Shown here: positions 17,544 through 28,278 of the stretch, piece after piece
How positions within the stretch are numbered: position 1 is the first letter of the stretch
Layout: every line of letters begins with the position of its first letter
DNA from: Longivirga aurantiaca
GTDB lineage: Bacteria; Actinomycetota; Actinomycetes; S36-B12; CAIYMF01
Direction: 5' to 3'
DNA: 32,000 nt
Assembly: GCF_042660085.1 (NCBI RefSeq)
Contig: NZ_JBHSTI010000008.1
Location: 1,659,876 to 1,691,875 of the forward strand
The notes under the pieces: model-generated
Told to the model about the DNA's origin: nothing
Databases searched by the model: none
The model's input: only the letters and a program-made list of their open reading frames with translations
Translations under genes and position numbers: made by a program

Positions 17544-17676
17544 TAGGGAATGCGACCGTAGGGGTCACAGTCGACTTGTCGTCAACGGAGAAGATGCCGG
17601 GCAGACCGATTTGTCGACGAAGCGTTCTAGCGGTTGCTCGCTCGGTCGATGCAGCGTCGATCGGCCCTCGGGGCCG

Positions 17677-18423
17677 CTAGAGCCCGACGGCGGCGTAGAG
17701 CTCGCCGACCTCCTGGATCGACAGCGTGCGCACCTTGCCCGAGCGCAGATCGCCGAGACCGATCGGACCGACCTTGACCCGGACCAGCCCCTCGACGGGG
17801 TGCCCGACCTCCTTGAGGAGGCGTCGGACGATGTGCTTGCGACCCTCGTGCAGCACCAGCTCGACGAGGCTCCGGCCGGGGGCGGAGGTGACGATCCGGA
17901 ACCGGTCCACGCGCACGATGCCGTCCTCGAGCTCGACTCCGTCGCGGAGCCGACGGCCGAGGTCGCGCGGGATGGTCCCCCGCACCTGGGCGAGGTAGGT
18001 CTTGGTGACGCCGTGCGAGGGGTGGGCGAGCCGCTGGGCGAGGTCGCCGTCGTTGGTCAGGAGGAGCAGACCCTCGGTGTCGGCGTCGAGACGGCCGACG
18101 TGGAAGAGCCGCTCCTTGCGCCCCTTCAGGTAGTCCCCTACGCAGGGCCGGCCGCGGTCGTCGCTCATGGTGGAGTGCACGCCACGCGGCTTGTTGAGCG
18201 CGAGCACGACGTGCCCGGGGGCCGTGGGGATGCGCATCCCGTCGACCTTGATGACCGCGCTCGAGGGGTCCACGCGCAGGCCCTGCTCGAGCACGATCCG
18301 GCCGTCGACCTCGACCCGGCCTTCGTCGATCATCTCCTCGCACGCGCGCCGGCTACCGATCCCGGCCGCGGCCAGGACCTTCTGCAGACGGACACCCGTC
18401 TCGGACGACGCTTGGGGGCTCAC
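17677..18423 (-). CDS. 23S rRNA pseudouridine synthase, RluB/RsuA family
   Basis: GVRLQKVLAAAGIGSRRACEEMIDEGRVEVDGRI (S4) and GRLDADTEGLLLLTNDGDLAQRLAHPSHGVTKTYLAQV. Confidence 0.94.
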   Translation of the reverse strand: MSPQASSETGVRLQKVLAAAGIGSRRACEEMIDEGRVEVDGRIVLEQGLRVDPSSAVIKVDGMRIPTAPGHVVLALNKPRGVHSTMSDDRGRPCVGDYLKGRKERLFHVGRLDADTEGLLLLTNDGDLAQRLAHPSHGVTKTYLAQVRGTIPRDLGRRLRDGVELEDGIVRVDRFRIVTSAPGRSLVELVLHEGRKHIVRRLLKEVGHPVEGLVRVKVGPIGLGDLRSGKVRTLSIQEVGELYAAVGL

Positions 18424-18439
18424 AGTCTCAACCTCAACT

Positions 18440-19189
18440 TCACATTTCGTCGGCTAGTGCATCAAGTAGTTCAATGTCCGGCAGGTAGTCAGCCACCGGG
18501 GGCAACTCTGCCAGGTCGGTGATCCCCAGCCGCTCGAGGAACAGGTCCGTGGTCCGGTACAGGATCGCCTGGCTCGTCGGGTCGTGCCCCGCCTCGCCGA
18601 TGAGCCCCCGGCTCGTGAGCGTGCGGATGACGCCGTCGACGTTCACCCCGCGCACGGCGGAGATGCGCGCCCGGCTGACGGGCTGCCGGTACGCGACCAC
18701 GGCGAGGGTCTCCAGGGCGGCCTGGGTGAGCTTGGCCTGCTGCCCGTCACGCACGAACCGCTCCACGACCTCGGAGCAGTCCGCGCGCGTGTAGAACCGC
18801 CAGCCGCCGGCGACCTCGCGCAGGTCGAACCCCCGGCCCGCCTCGGCATAGCCGGCGGACAGGCTCCGGACGGCCTCCTCGACCTCGGCGGTGGTGCGCC
18901 GGACGATCGTGGCGAGCGTCGGGATGTCCAGGGGCTCGTCGGTCACGAGGAGCACGGCCTCGAGGGCGGCGTCGAGAGTGGGGGCTCCCAGGGTGTCGCT
19001 CGGCTGGTCGTCCTCGTCGGTGCCGTCCGGCTCCGACGCCTCGTCGGCGTCCGCCGCGGGGCGCTCGGAGGCGCGTGCGGGCGCCTCTGCGGCCTCCGGG
19101 GGCGTCGGGGCGTCCTCGGACGTCGTCGCGGCCTCCAGCGCCTCCACGGGGGGCTGCTGGGCCTGCTCGGTCACGTCGGGGTCGGTCAC
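18440..19189 (-). CDS. scpB: Segregation and condensation protein B
   Basis: LDAALEAVLLVTDEPLDIPTLA...LTQAALETLAVVAYRQPVSRARISAVRGVNVDGVIRTLTSRGLI; follows scpA with overlap. Confidence 0.94.
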   Translation of the reverse strand: MTDPDVTEQAQQPPVEALEAATTSEDAPTPPEAAEAPARASERPAADADEASEPDGTDEDDQPSDTLGAPTLDAALEAVLLVTDEPLDIPTLATIVRRTTAEVEEAVRSLSAGYAEAGRGFDLREVAGGWRFYTRADCSEVVERFVRDGQQAKLTQAALETLAVVAYRQPVSRARISAVRGVNVDGVIRTLTSRGLIGEAGHDPTSQAILYRTTDLFLERLGITDLAELPPVADYLPDIELLDALADEM

Positions 19190-20241
19190 GCGTCGGCCTC
19201 CGGGCTCCTGTGCTGGTCGATCGGGTCCGCGTCCTCGTCGTCGCCGAGCACGACGCCCGAGATGTCTGCGATGTCCTGGTCTGTGACCTCGGCCGCGGCC
19301 TCGGGCTCGGGCTCCGCGACCGGGCTGCCCTCGTACTCCTCGGCCGCCACGGCCACCTCGCCGTCGGCGGGCCCCGTCCACCGGATGTGGAGCTCCCCGA
19401 GGGGGTCGACCTGGTCGAACGCGACCGATCCCTCGCGATAGAGCTCGAGCAGGGCCAGGAAGCGCGCCACCACGAGCAGCGTGGTGTCGCAGTCGGCGGT
19501 GAGGTGCCGGAAGGTCTGCGAGGGGTTCCGGCGCAGCCGGTCCACGAGCACCGCGGCCTGCTCACGCACGCTCACGCGCGGGGCATGGATGTGCGATATG
19601 CCAACGGACGCAACCGGTTTCGGTGCAAGCGCCCGAGCCGCAAGCGCAGCGAACTCGGCCGGGCCGAGACCGATCAGCACCTCGGGTAGGAGGTCGGAGT
19701 ACTCAGGGTCGAGGCCGGCCGTGCGGGGGCGGCGGCGTGCTCCCGTGCGGAGCATCTCCCCCAGCAGCTCGGAGACGTCGCGGAAAGCCCTGTACTGCAG
19801 CAGCCGCGCGAAGAGCAGGTCACGGGCCTCGAGCAGGGCGAGGTCCTCCTCGTCCTCGACCTCGCCGGACGGGAGCAGCCGAGCGGCCTTGAGGTCGAGC
19901 AGAGTCGCGGCCACGACGAGGAACTCGGTGGCCTCGTCGAGGTCCCACTCGGGCCCACGGGCCCGGATGTGCGCGAGGAAGTCGTCGATCACGGTGTGCA
20001 GCGCGAGCACCGTGACGTCGAGCTTGTGCTTGGCGATCAACGAGAGCAGGAGGTCGAACGGGCCCTCGAACTCGTCGAGCCGCACCGAGAAGCTGTCGCT
20101 GGGCTCCGCCGGCGGGGCGTCCGGGGGGCCGCTGACCTCGCCGTCGGGGCCCTGGTCCTGCGTCATCACGACGTCGTCGCCGGGCACCGCACCCGTGGCG
20201 GGGGCGGCCCCGGTCGGGTCGGAGGCGAGGACGTCGATCAC
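19186..20241 (-). CDS. scpA: Segregation and condensation protein A
   Basis: FSVRLDEFEGPFDLLLSLIAKHKLDVTVLALHTVIDDFLAHI...EFLVVAATLLDLKAARLLP. Confidence 0.94.
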   Translation of the reverse strand: MIDVLASDPTGAAPATGAVPGDDVVMTQDQGPDGEVSGPPDAPPAEPSDSFSVRLDEFEGPFDLLLSLIAKHKLDVTVLALHTVIDDFLAHIRARGPEWDLDEATEFLVVAATLLDLKAARLLPSGEVEDEEDLALLEARDLLFARLLQYRAFRDVSELLGEMLRTGARRRPRTAGLDPEYSDLLPEVLIGLGPAEFAALAARALAPKPVASVGISHIHAPRVSVREQAAVLVDRLRRNPSQTFRHLTADCDTTLLVVARFLALLELYREGSVAFDQVDPLGELHIRWTGPADGEVAVAAEEYEGSPVAEPEPEAAAEVTDQDIADISGVVLGDDEDADPIDQHRSPEADA

Positions 20242-20380
20242 GCGCGGAAACCTACCTTCCGCAGCGCAGCGCGGCTGCTCGCCCGACGGTGACCGTCCGG
20301 CGCGTCGCTCCGGGACGACGGCCGCCCGGCCGGTCAGCGGGTTCCCGCACTCCGGCCGATGAATCGCTGTGTCGACAGAT

Positions 20381-20422
20381 CGATGACCTCTGACCTGCGA
20401 CGACGCAGGTCAGAGGTCATCG
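20381..20422. terminator. Strong hairpin downstream of the parA-partner gene
   Basis: cgatgacctctgacctgcg-acga-cgcaggtcagaggtcatcg: perfect 19-bp inverted repeat. Confidence 0.8.
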
Positions 20423-20431
20423 GGGTCGCGT

Positions 20432-20893
20432 TCAGAGACCGCGCAGGCGACGGACGAGGATGCTCTCGTCGCCCTTGGCCTCCAGGTCGGCGATCACCAC
20501 GGCCACCGCCTCCCGCACGATCCGGCCGCGGTCCACGGCCATGCCGTGCTGGGCTCGCAGGGCGAGCTTGGCCTGCTCGAGGGCGACGAGCTCCTCCGGC
20601 GAGACGTAGACGGTGATCTTCTCCTCGTGCCGCTCGCGACCCGTCGGGCGCAGATCGCCCGGACGCTGGCGGCGCTTGGGCGTCGTGCGCACCCGGGTCG
20701 GGGTGCCGGCGACCGTCGCGCCGGCAGGTGCGACCTCAGCGGCCTGCGACCGGGTCTCGGCGGGCGTCGGCGCCAGGGCCACGACGGCAGGTGCCGGGTC
20801 GGCCGAGGAGTCGGTGTCCGGCTCGGGCGCCGGTGCGTCCGACGTACGGCGGAACAGCTCGTCCGCCCCGGGCAGCGTCGCGCGTCGGCTCAT
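20432..20893 (-). CDS. ParA-associated protein, putative ribbon-helix-helix-like C-terminal domain
   Basis: Disordered Pro/Ala N-term then EEKITVYVSPEELVALEQAKLALRAQHGMAVDRGRIVREAVAVVIADL; overlaps the parA stop. Confidence 0.7.
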   Translation of the reverse strand: MSRRATLPGADELFRRTSDAPAPEPDTDSSADPAPAVVALAPTPAETRSQAAEVAPAGATVAGTPTRVRTTPKRRQRPGDLRPTGRERHEEKITVYVSPEELVALEQAKLALRAQHGMAVDRGRIVREAVAVVIADLEAKGDESILVRRLRGL

Positions 20894-21810
20894 GGTGCCA
20901 GCACCTCCCTCGCGAGCTGGCGGTACGCCGCGGCGCCCGTCGAGCTCGATGCGTACGTCGTGATGGGCTCGCCCGCGACGGTCGTCTCGGGGAATCGGAC
21001 CGTGCGGGCGATGACCGTGTGGAACACCTTGTCGTCGAACGCCTCGACAACCCGGGCCAGGACCTCGCGGCTGTGCAAGGTGCGGCTGTCGTACATCGTG
21101 GCTAGAATTCCCTCAACCTCAAGTCGAGGGTTAATCCGTTCCTGGACGCGGTAGATGGTGTCCATGAGCAGGGCTACACCGCGCAGGGCGAAGAACTCGC
21201 ACTCCAGCGGGATGATCACGCCGTCGGCCGCGGCCAGCGCGTTGACCGTCAGCAGGCCCAGGGAGGGCTGGCAGTCGATCAGGACGATGTCGTACTCCCC
21301 CAGCACCGGCGCGAGCACGCGGGCGAGGGTCTGCTCCCGGGCGACCTCCGAGACCAGCTGCACCTCGGCGGCGGACAGGTCGATGTTGCCCGGCAGCAGG
21401 TCCAGGCCGGCGACGGAGGTCTTGAGCAGGACGTCCTCGATGGCCACGTCGCGCTGCATGAGCAGGTTGTAGACGGTGAGGTCGAGCTCGTGCGGGTTGA
21501 CCCCGAGCCCGACCGAGAGCGCCCCCTGCGGGTCGAAGTCGACGACCAGGACCCGACGGCCCGCCTCGGCGAGCGCGGCCCCGAGGTTGATCGTGGTGGT
21601 GGTCTTGCCCACGCCGCCCTTCTGGTTGCACAGGGCGATGACGCGTGCGGGTCCGTGCGACTCCAGCACCGGCGGCTCGGGGAACACCTGCTTGGGCCGC
21701 AGCGTCGCGTCGAGCTCGACGGGCTCGGTGCCGGCGGCCGGGAGACCTGGCGTCGGGCTGTCGTCCGCGGGAGCCGGGTCCGGCTCGGCCGCGTTTGTCG
21801 ACATAGTCAC
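20890..21810 (-). CDS. ParA/Soj-family ATPase
   Basis: ARVIALCNQKGGVGKTTTTINLGAALAEAGRRVLVVDFDPQGALSVGLG deviant Walker A and ILATMYDSRTLHSREVL. Confidence 0.94.
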   Translation of the reverse strand: MTMSTNAAEPDPAPADDSPTPGLPAAGTEPVELDATLRPKQVFPEPPVLESHGPARVIALCNQKGGVGKTTTTINLGAALAEAGRRVLVVDFDPQGALSVGLGVNPHELDLTVYNLLMQRDVAIEDVLLKTSVAGLDLLPGNIDLSAAEVQLVSEVAREQTLARVLAPVLGEYDIVLIDCQPSLGLLTVNALAAADGVIIPLECEFFALRGVALLMDTIYRVQERINPRLEVEGILATMYDSRTLHSREVLARVVEAFDDKVFHTVIARTVRFPETTVAGEPITTYASSSTGAAAYRQLAREVLAP

Positions 21811-21974
21811 AAGCAGACTCGTCTCTGTCGCGATAGAAATCCTGATCGCCTTGGCGATGGAGCGTCACCCTAGGCGCGTCCGCGCGCCGGAGGCAAGACG
21901 CGGGCGTGACCGGTCAGCCGTCCGGGGGCATCCGGGCGCGGGCGAGCGCCGCGAAACCGCAGGTCAGAGGCCTG

Positions 21975-22961
21975 TCAGGACCGAGCGCGGGGATGCGCGA
22001 GCGCGTAGACCTCGCGCAGCCTGTCGACCGTCACCAGGGTGTAGATCTGGGTCGTCGTCACCGAGGCGTGCCCCAGGAGCTCCTGCACCACGCGCACGTC
22101 GGCCCCGCCGTCGAGCAGGTGCGTGGCGAAGCTGTGCCGCAGCGTGTGCGGCGAGACGTCCGCGGTGACCCCCGCGCGCTCGACCGCCGCGGCGAGCACC
22201 GTCCAGGCGCTCTGCCGCGTGAGCCGGCCCCCGCGGGCGTTGAGGAACAGCGCCGGGCTGCCCGTGCCGGCAGCCACGAGCACCGGACGGCCGCGCACGA
22301 GATAGGCCTCCACGGCTGCGACCGCCATCCGCCCGACGGGCACGAGGCGCTCCTTGGAGCCCTTCCCGCGCAGCAGCACAGAGGCGGAGTCGAGGTCGAG
22401 GTCGTCGACGTCGAGGCCGATCGCCTCGGAGATGCGCGCACCGGTGCCGTACAGCACCTCGAGCAGCGCCCGGTCGCGCAGCTCGCGGGCCGCGCCCTCT
22501 CCCCCGGCGGCGGCGAGGATGGCCTCGATCTCGGCGACCGAGATGGCCTTGGGCAGCTTGCGGGTCTGGCTGGGCGGCCGCACCTCCTTGCCCGGGTCCG
22601 AGGTGGTGAGGCCCTCCCGCGCGGCGAACCGGTGGAAGCCGCGCACGGCAACCACCGTGCGGCCCGCGCTCGAGGCGGCCAGGGGCCTGTGCTCGGCGTC
22701 GCCGGCTCGGAGCGCGAGGAGGAAGTCGCTGATGTCGGTCTCGGTCACCTGGTCGGGCTCGGTGATCCCGCGGGACGACGTCCAGGCGAGGTAGCGGGCG
22801 AGGTCGCGGCGGTAGGCGACCAGCGAGTTGGGGGCGAGACCGCGCTCCACCGCCAGGTGGTCGAGGTAGAGGGTGACGGCGCGGGCGAGGGCGGACGGCC
22901 GGGCCGGGGCCGCCTCGGTGACGTCGCCGACGGACTCACCGCCGTCCTGCTGGTCGCTCAC
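21975..22961 (-). CDS. xerD: Tyrosine recombinase XerD
   Basis: [24 protein letters not shown]...[39 protein letters not shown]; adjacent to parA-scpAB. Confidence 0.94.
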   Translation of the reverse strand: MSDQQDGGESVGDVTEAAPARPSALARAVTLYLDHLAVERGLAPNSLVAYRRDLARYLAWTSSRGITEPDQVTETDISDFLLALRAGDAEHRPLAASSAGRTVVAVRGFHRFAAREGLTTSDPGKEVRPPSQTRKLPKAISVAEIEAILAAAGGEGAARELRDRALLEVLYGTGARISEAIGLDVDDLDLDSASVLLRGKGSKERLVPVGRMAVAAVEAYLVRGRPVLVAAGTGSPALFLNARGGRLTRQSAWTVLAAAVERAGVTADVSPHTLRHSFATHLLDGGADVRVVQELLGHASVTTTQIYTLVTVDRLREVYALAHPRARS

Positions 22962-23118
22962 ATCACGACCGTACCTGACATAACGGACGACGGGCCGCGA
23001 CCACCCGTCCCCAGTGCGCGGCGGTGCGCGTGTCGTCCACATCGCGAACGGGCCCGAGCGTGGCCCGGTCGCAGCCTCCGGTCACGGTCCTCGCCACACC
23101 CCGACCCGAGGAGACCCC

Positions 23119-23901
23119 GTGAGCGACGCCCCTACACCGGACTCACCCGCCTGCCGTGCACCCCGACGACTGCGGCGCCCGCTGCTGATCGCCTCGGCCC
23201 TCGCCGCCGCCTTCCTCGTCACCATCGACGCGGCGTCGTTCGCCGCGACCGGCTCGGGCCTCGTCCTCGGCAGGGTCAACACCGCGTCTGCACCCACGAC
23301 CATCAGCAACGACGGCGCCGGCCCCGCCCTGCGGCTGACGACGTCGAGCAGCACCTCGGCGCCGTTCGCCACCAACGCCACCGGCAAGGTCGTCAACCTC
23401 CACGCGGACAAGCTCGACGGCATGGACGCCGCCGCCCTCGTCGCCGCCGCTCGGACGGCGGTGGACGCCGCGAAGCTCCAGGGCCGCACCGCGGCCGAGA
23501 TCGCCGCTTTGGCGCCGGTGCCGCGCTTCACCTTCGTGCGCACCAGCATCCGCCAGACCTCGAACCCGGGATGGCTGCCCGGAGCGCTGTCGTCGGACGG
23601 TGCTGCTCCGGGCACGTACCGCCTCACCGGAACGCTCATGGTGCCGTGCTCCCCCAGCAGCGCCTCGGGCTACCTGCTGGCACTTGCGGTCGTACGAAGC
23701 GCGATCGACGTGGACCCGGTCATCCTGCAGCGTCCGGTTGCCGCGACGCTCTGCGGCAAGCCCATCCCGATCGCCGAGACCGTCACGATGGACTCGGGCG
23801 CGCGGCTGCTGCTGCGGGTGCACGACATCGACGCCGGCGACCTCGTGAGCCTGCCGCTCTCCTTCGATCTGCGCGCCGTGCCCATCGGAGCAGCGCTCTG
23901 A
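23119..23901 (+). CDS. Secreted protein with LDGxDA motif
   Basis: N-terminal signal/TM (PLLIASALAAAFLVTIDAASFAATG), NTASAPTTISNDG...KVVNLHADKLDGMDAAAL. Confidence 0.75.
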   Translation: MSDAPTPDSPACRAPRRLRRPLLIASALAAAFLVTIDAASFAATGSGLVLGRVNTASAPTTISNDGAGPALRLTTSSSTSAPFATNATGKVVNLHADKLDGMDAAALVAAARTAVDAAKLQGRTAAEIAALAPVPRFTFVRTSIRQTSNPGWLPGALSSDGAAPGTYRLTGTLMVPCSPSSASGYLLALAVVRSAIDVDPVILQRPVAATLCGKPIPIAETVTMDSGARLLLRVHDIDAGDLVSLPLSFDLRAVPIGAAL

Positions 23902-23912
23902 GCGGCGATGCG

Positions 23913-23948
23913 CGACGGGCCGGCTCCCGTGAGGGAGCCGGCCCGTCG
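23913..23948. terminator. Hairpin between convergent secreted-protein gene and ald
   Basis: cgacgggccggctccc-gtga-gggagccggcccgtcg: perfect 16-bp stem. Confidence 0.8.
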
Positions 23949-23964
23949 TCGGGCGTGATGCGGG

Positions 23965-25083
23965 TCAGGCGAGGACCGACTCCAGCGTGGTGGCGGGGAG
24001 GTCGGGGAACGCCTCGGCCACGGCGCCGTAGGTGATCTGGCCGGCGTGGGTGTTGAGGCCGAGCGCGAGCGACGTGTCGTCCGCCAGCGCCTTCTTCCAG
24101 CCCTTGTTCGCGAGCGCCACGGCGTACGGCAGCGTCACGTTGGTGAGCGCGTACGTCGAGGTGTTCGGCACCGCACCCGGCATGTTCGCGACGCAGTAGA
24201 AGACCGAGTTGTGCACGGCGTACGTCGGGTCCGCGTGCGTGGTGGGGCGCGAGTCCTCGAAGCAGCCGCCCTGGTCGATGGCGATGTCGACGAGGACCGA
24301 TCCCGGCTTCATCCGCGACACGAGCTCGTTGCTGATGAGCTTGGGGGCCTTGGCGCCGGGGACGAGCACCGCGCCGATGACCAGGTCGGCGTCGAGGACG
24401 GCGCGCTCGATCTCGAACGAGTTCGACGCGATCGTCTGCACGTGACCCTGGTAGATCGCGTCCATCTGGCGGAGGCGGGCGATGTTGAGGTCGAGCAGGA
24501 GCACCTCGGCCTGCATGCCGAGCGCGATCGCCGCGGCGTTCTGGCCGGAGACGCCACCACCGAGGACGACGACCTTCGCGGCGTAGGTGCCGGACACGCC
24601 GCCCATGAGCACGCCACGGCCGCCGTTGGCGCGCATGAGCGCGTGGGCACCGACCTGCGGGGCGAGCCGGCCGGCCACCTCGGACATCGGCGCGAGCAGC
24701 GGCAGCGAGCGGTCGGGCAGCTCGACGGTCTCGTAGGCGATCGCGGTGACGCCGTTGTTGATGAGCGCCTCGGTGCAGGCGCGGCCCGCGGCGAGGTGCA
24801 GGTAGGTGAAGAGGGTCTGGCCCGAGCGCATGCGGTGGTACTCCTCCGCGACGGGCTCCTTCACCTTGAGGATGAGGTCGCCGGTCGCCCAGACGTCGTC
24901 CGCCGTGGGGAGGATGGTCGCGCCCGCGGCGACGTACTCGTCGTCGGTGATCGAGGAGCCGACACCTGCGTCGTGCTCGATGTAGACCTCGTGGCCGTTC
25001 TTCACGAGCTCGAACACGCCGGCCGGGGTGATGGCCACGCGGTACTCGTGGTTCTTGACCTCGCGGGGGATTCCGACCTTCAC
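23965..25083 (-). CDS. ald: Alanine dehydrogenase
   Basis: [45 protein letters not shown]...[19 protein letters not shown]; [15 protein letters not shown]. Confidence 0.97.
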   Translation of the reverse strand: MKVGIPREVKNHEYRVAITPAGVFELVKNGHEVYIEHDAGVGSSITDDEYVAAGATILPTADDVWATGDLILKVKEPVAEEYHRMRSGQTLFTYLHLAAGRACTEALINNGVTAIAYETVELPDRSLPLLAPMSEVAGRLAPQVGAHALMRANGGRGVLMGGVSGTYAAKVVVLGGGVSGQNAAAIALGMQAEVLLLDLNIARLRQMDAIYQGHVQTIASNSFEIERAVLDADLVIGAVLVPGAKAPKLISNELVSRMKPGSVLVDIAIDQGGCFEDSRPTTHADPTYAVHNSVFYCVANMPGAVPNTSTYALTNVTLPYAVALANKGWKKALADDTSLALGLNTHAGQITYGAVAEAFPDLPATTLESVLA

Positions 25084-25181
25084 GACATGCCTCCGATGCG
25101 CTGATTGCTCCTGCGGAGGATGATGAAGCCAGAGCCGCAACTCGGGTAGTTCGGGTGCAGTTCGTTCGGTACATTACGTCC

Positions 25182-25697
25182 ATGCCCGAACCACGTTCGA
25201 AGAAGCCGGTCAAGCGCCCCACACCCTCGAATCCGGTGCAGAAGCCTCTCGACGCCGTCGACCGGGAGATCCTCTCCGAGCTCGTCCGCGAGGGGCGCCT
25301 GCCCAACAACGTGCTCGCCGAGCGCCTCGGCATCGCGCCCTCGACCTGCCTCATGCGCACCCAGAACCTCGTGAAGAGGGGCGTGATCCGCGGTTTCCGG
25401 GCCGACGTCGACCACGCGAAGGTCGGCGCGGGTCTGCAGGCGATGGTGTCGGTTCGGGTGCGACCCGGCGCGCGGGGGGCGCTGCTCGAGTTCGGCAAGC
25501 GCCTCGCGCACGAGCCCGGCGTGCTCAACGTCTACTTCGTCGCCGGGGCGTTCGACTTCCTCGTGCACGTGGCAGCGTCGGACTCCGAGGGCCTGCGCGA
25601 CTTCGTCACCCAGAACCTGTCGGCGCGGCCGGAGACGGAGTCGACCCAGACCAGCCTGGTGTTCGAGCACTTCCCCGGCGCGGGGATCCCGCTGTAG
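25182..25697 (+). CDS. Lrp/AsnC family transcriptional regulator, likely regulator of ald
   Basis: LDAVDREILSELVREGRLPNNVLAERLGIAPSTCLMRTQNLVKRGVIRGFRADVD; divergent from ald. Confidence 0.94.
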   Translation: MPEPRSKKPVKRPTPSNPVQKPLDAVDREILSELVREGRLPNNVLAERLGIAPSTCLMRTQNLVKRGVIRGFRADVDHAKVGAGLQAMVSVRVRPGARGALLEFGKRLAHEPGVLNVYFVAGAFDFLVHVAASDSEGLRDFVTQNLSARPETESTQTSLVFEHFPGAGIPL

Positions 25698-25698
25698 C

Positions 25699-26403
25699 TC
25701 AGGAGGAGCGGTAGATCCGGGCGCGGCCTGATCCGGCGACCCGCTCCCGCGCGGGCCACGCGGCGTCGGCCGCGCGCAGCGTCGACCAGCCGGCCGAGCG
25801 CGCCGCGAGCGCGGCAAGGGTGGCCGCGACCGTCAGCGGTGCGGTGAGCCGACCGGCGAGCACCGCGAGCACAGCCTCCTCGAGCGGCACCCACGCGACC
25901 GGCAGGTCGCGCTCCTCGCCGTCCCCCGGCGGTCGGCCGCCCGGCGCGGGCGCGAGGTCGCGCGCGAGGTAGCACCGGATCGTCTCGCTCGATCCGCCCG
26001 GCGAGTTCTCCAGATCCACGAGCACGTCCCAGCGCGCGGCGACGAGCCCCGCCTCCTCGACGAGCTCTCGGGCGGCGCCCGCCTGCGGCGACTCGTCGGC
26101 GACGTCGAGCAGCCCGGCGACCGGCTCCCACAGCGACATGCCGACGGGGTGGCGGTACTGCCGGATGAGGAGCACGCGGTCGTGGTCGTCGAGGGCGAGG
26201 ACGCCGACGGCGCCCGGGTGCTGCACGAACTCGCGACGGACGGTCTGCCCGTCACCGAGGTCGACGGTGTCGCGGCGCAGGTCCCACACCATCCCGGCGT
26301 GGATCAGCTCGGTCTCGAGGAGGGCGCGCTCGTCGACCTCGTCGGTCAGCGACGACGGGTCGCCCGGCCACGTCGGCGGCAGGACGTACGGGGCCTCGCT
26401 CAC
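25699..26403 (-). CDS. NUDIX hydrolase (ADP-ribose pyrophosphatase-like)
   Basis: GLLDVADESPQAGAARELVEEAGLVA (Nudix box GX5EX7REUXEE-like) in the conserved position next to pyrG. Confidence 0.9.
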   Translation of the reverse strand: MSEAPYVLPPTWPGDPSSLTDEVDERALLETELIHAGMVWDLRRDTVDLGDGQTVRREFVQHPGAVGVLALDDHDRVLLIRQYRHPVGMSLWEPVAGLLDVADESPQAGAARELVEEAGLVAARWDVLVDLENSPGGSSETIRCYLARDLAPAPGGRPPGDGEERDLPVAWVPLEEAVLAVLAGRLTAPLTVAATLAALAARSAGWSTLRAADAAWPARERVAGSGRARIYRSS

Positions 26404-26407
26404 GCCG

Positions 26408-28066
<1,659 letters not shown>

Positions 28067-28246
28067 GGGGGTCCAGGCTATCAGGGGGCCGCCGACGGTC
28101 CGACCGTCTCCGGGACCGACGGCGTGTCTGCGCCCGGAACGGTCGCGGGGAGCGCGTCGGGGGCCGGGGTGGACGTGCCCGTTGGGGTCGGTGTGACGGA
28201 TGTGCCGGTCGGAGCGGGTGACGCGGAGGTCGTCGTCGGACCGGGC

Positions 28247-28278
28247 GTCGGCGAGTCGGCGTGTCGGCGTGTCGGCGA
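28247..28278. repeat. Four tandem copies of an 8-mer (GTCGGCGA/T)
   Basis: gtcggcga gtcggcgt gtcggcgt gtcggcga. Confidence 0.8.

Noticed and set aside
17263-17568. Minus-strand 101-aa ORF MTPTVAFPSMSTKRYQ...
   Set aside because: Not annotated as CDS: amino-acid composition is uninformative and it overlaps motif-rich intergenic DNA. It would need ribosome profiling or conservation to support it.
21975-22961. Tyrosine recombinase considered as a phage/ICE integrase
   Set aside because: Sequence and context (parA-scpA-scpB-rluB) match the housekeeping XerD; no tRNA, excisionase or phage genes adjacent.
21906-24035. A 709-aa plus-strand ORF over xerD
   Set aside because: Antisense artefact; XerD catalytic motifs on the minus strand are unambiguous.
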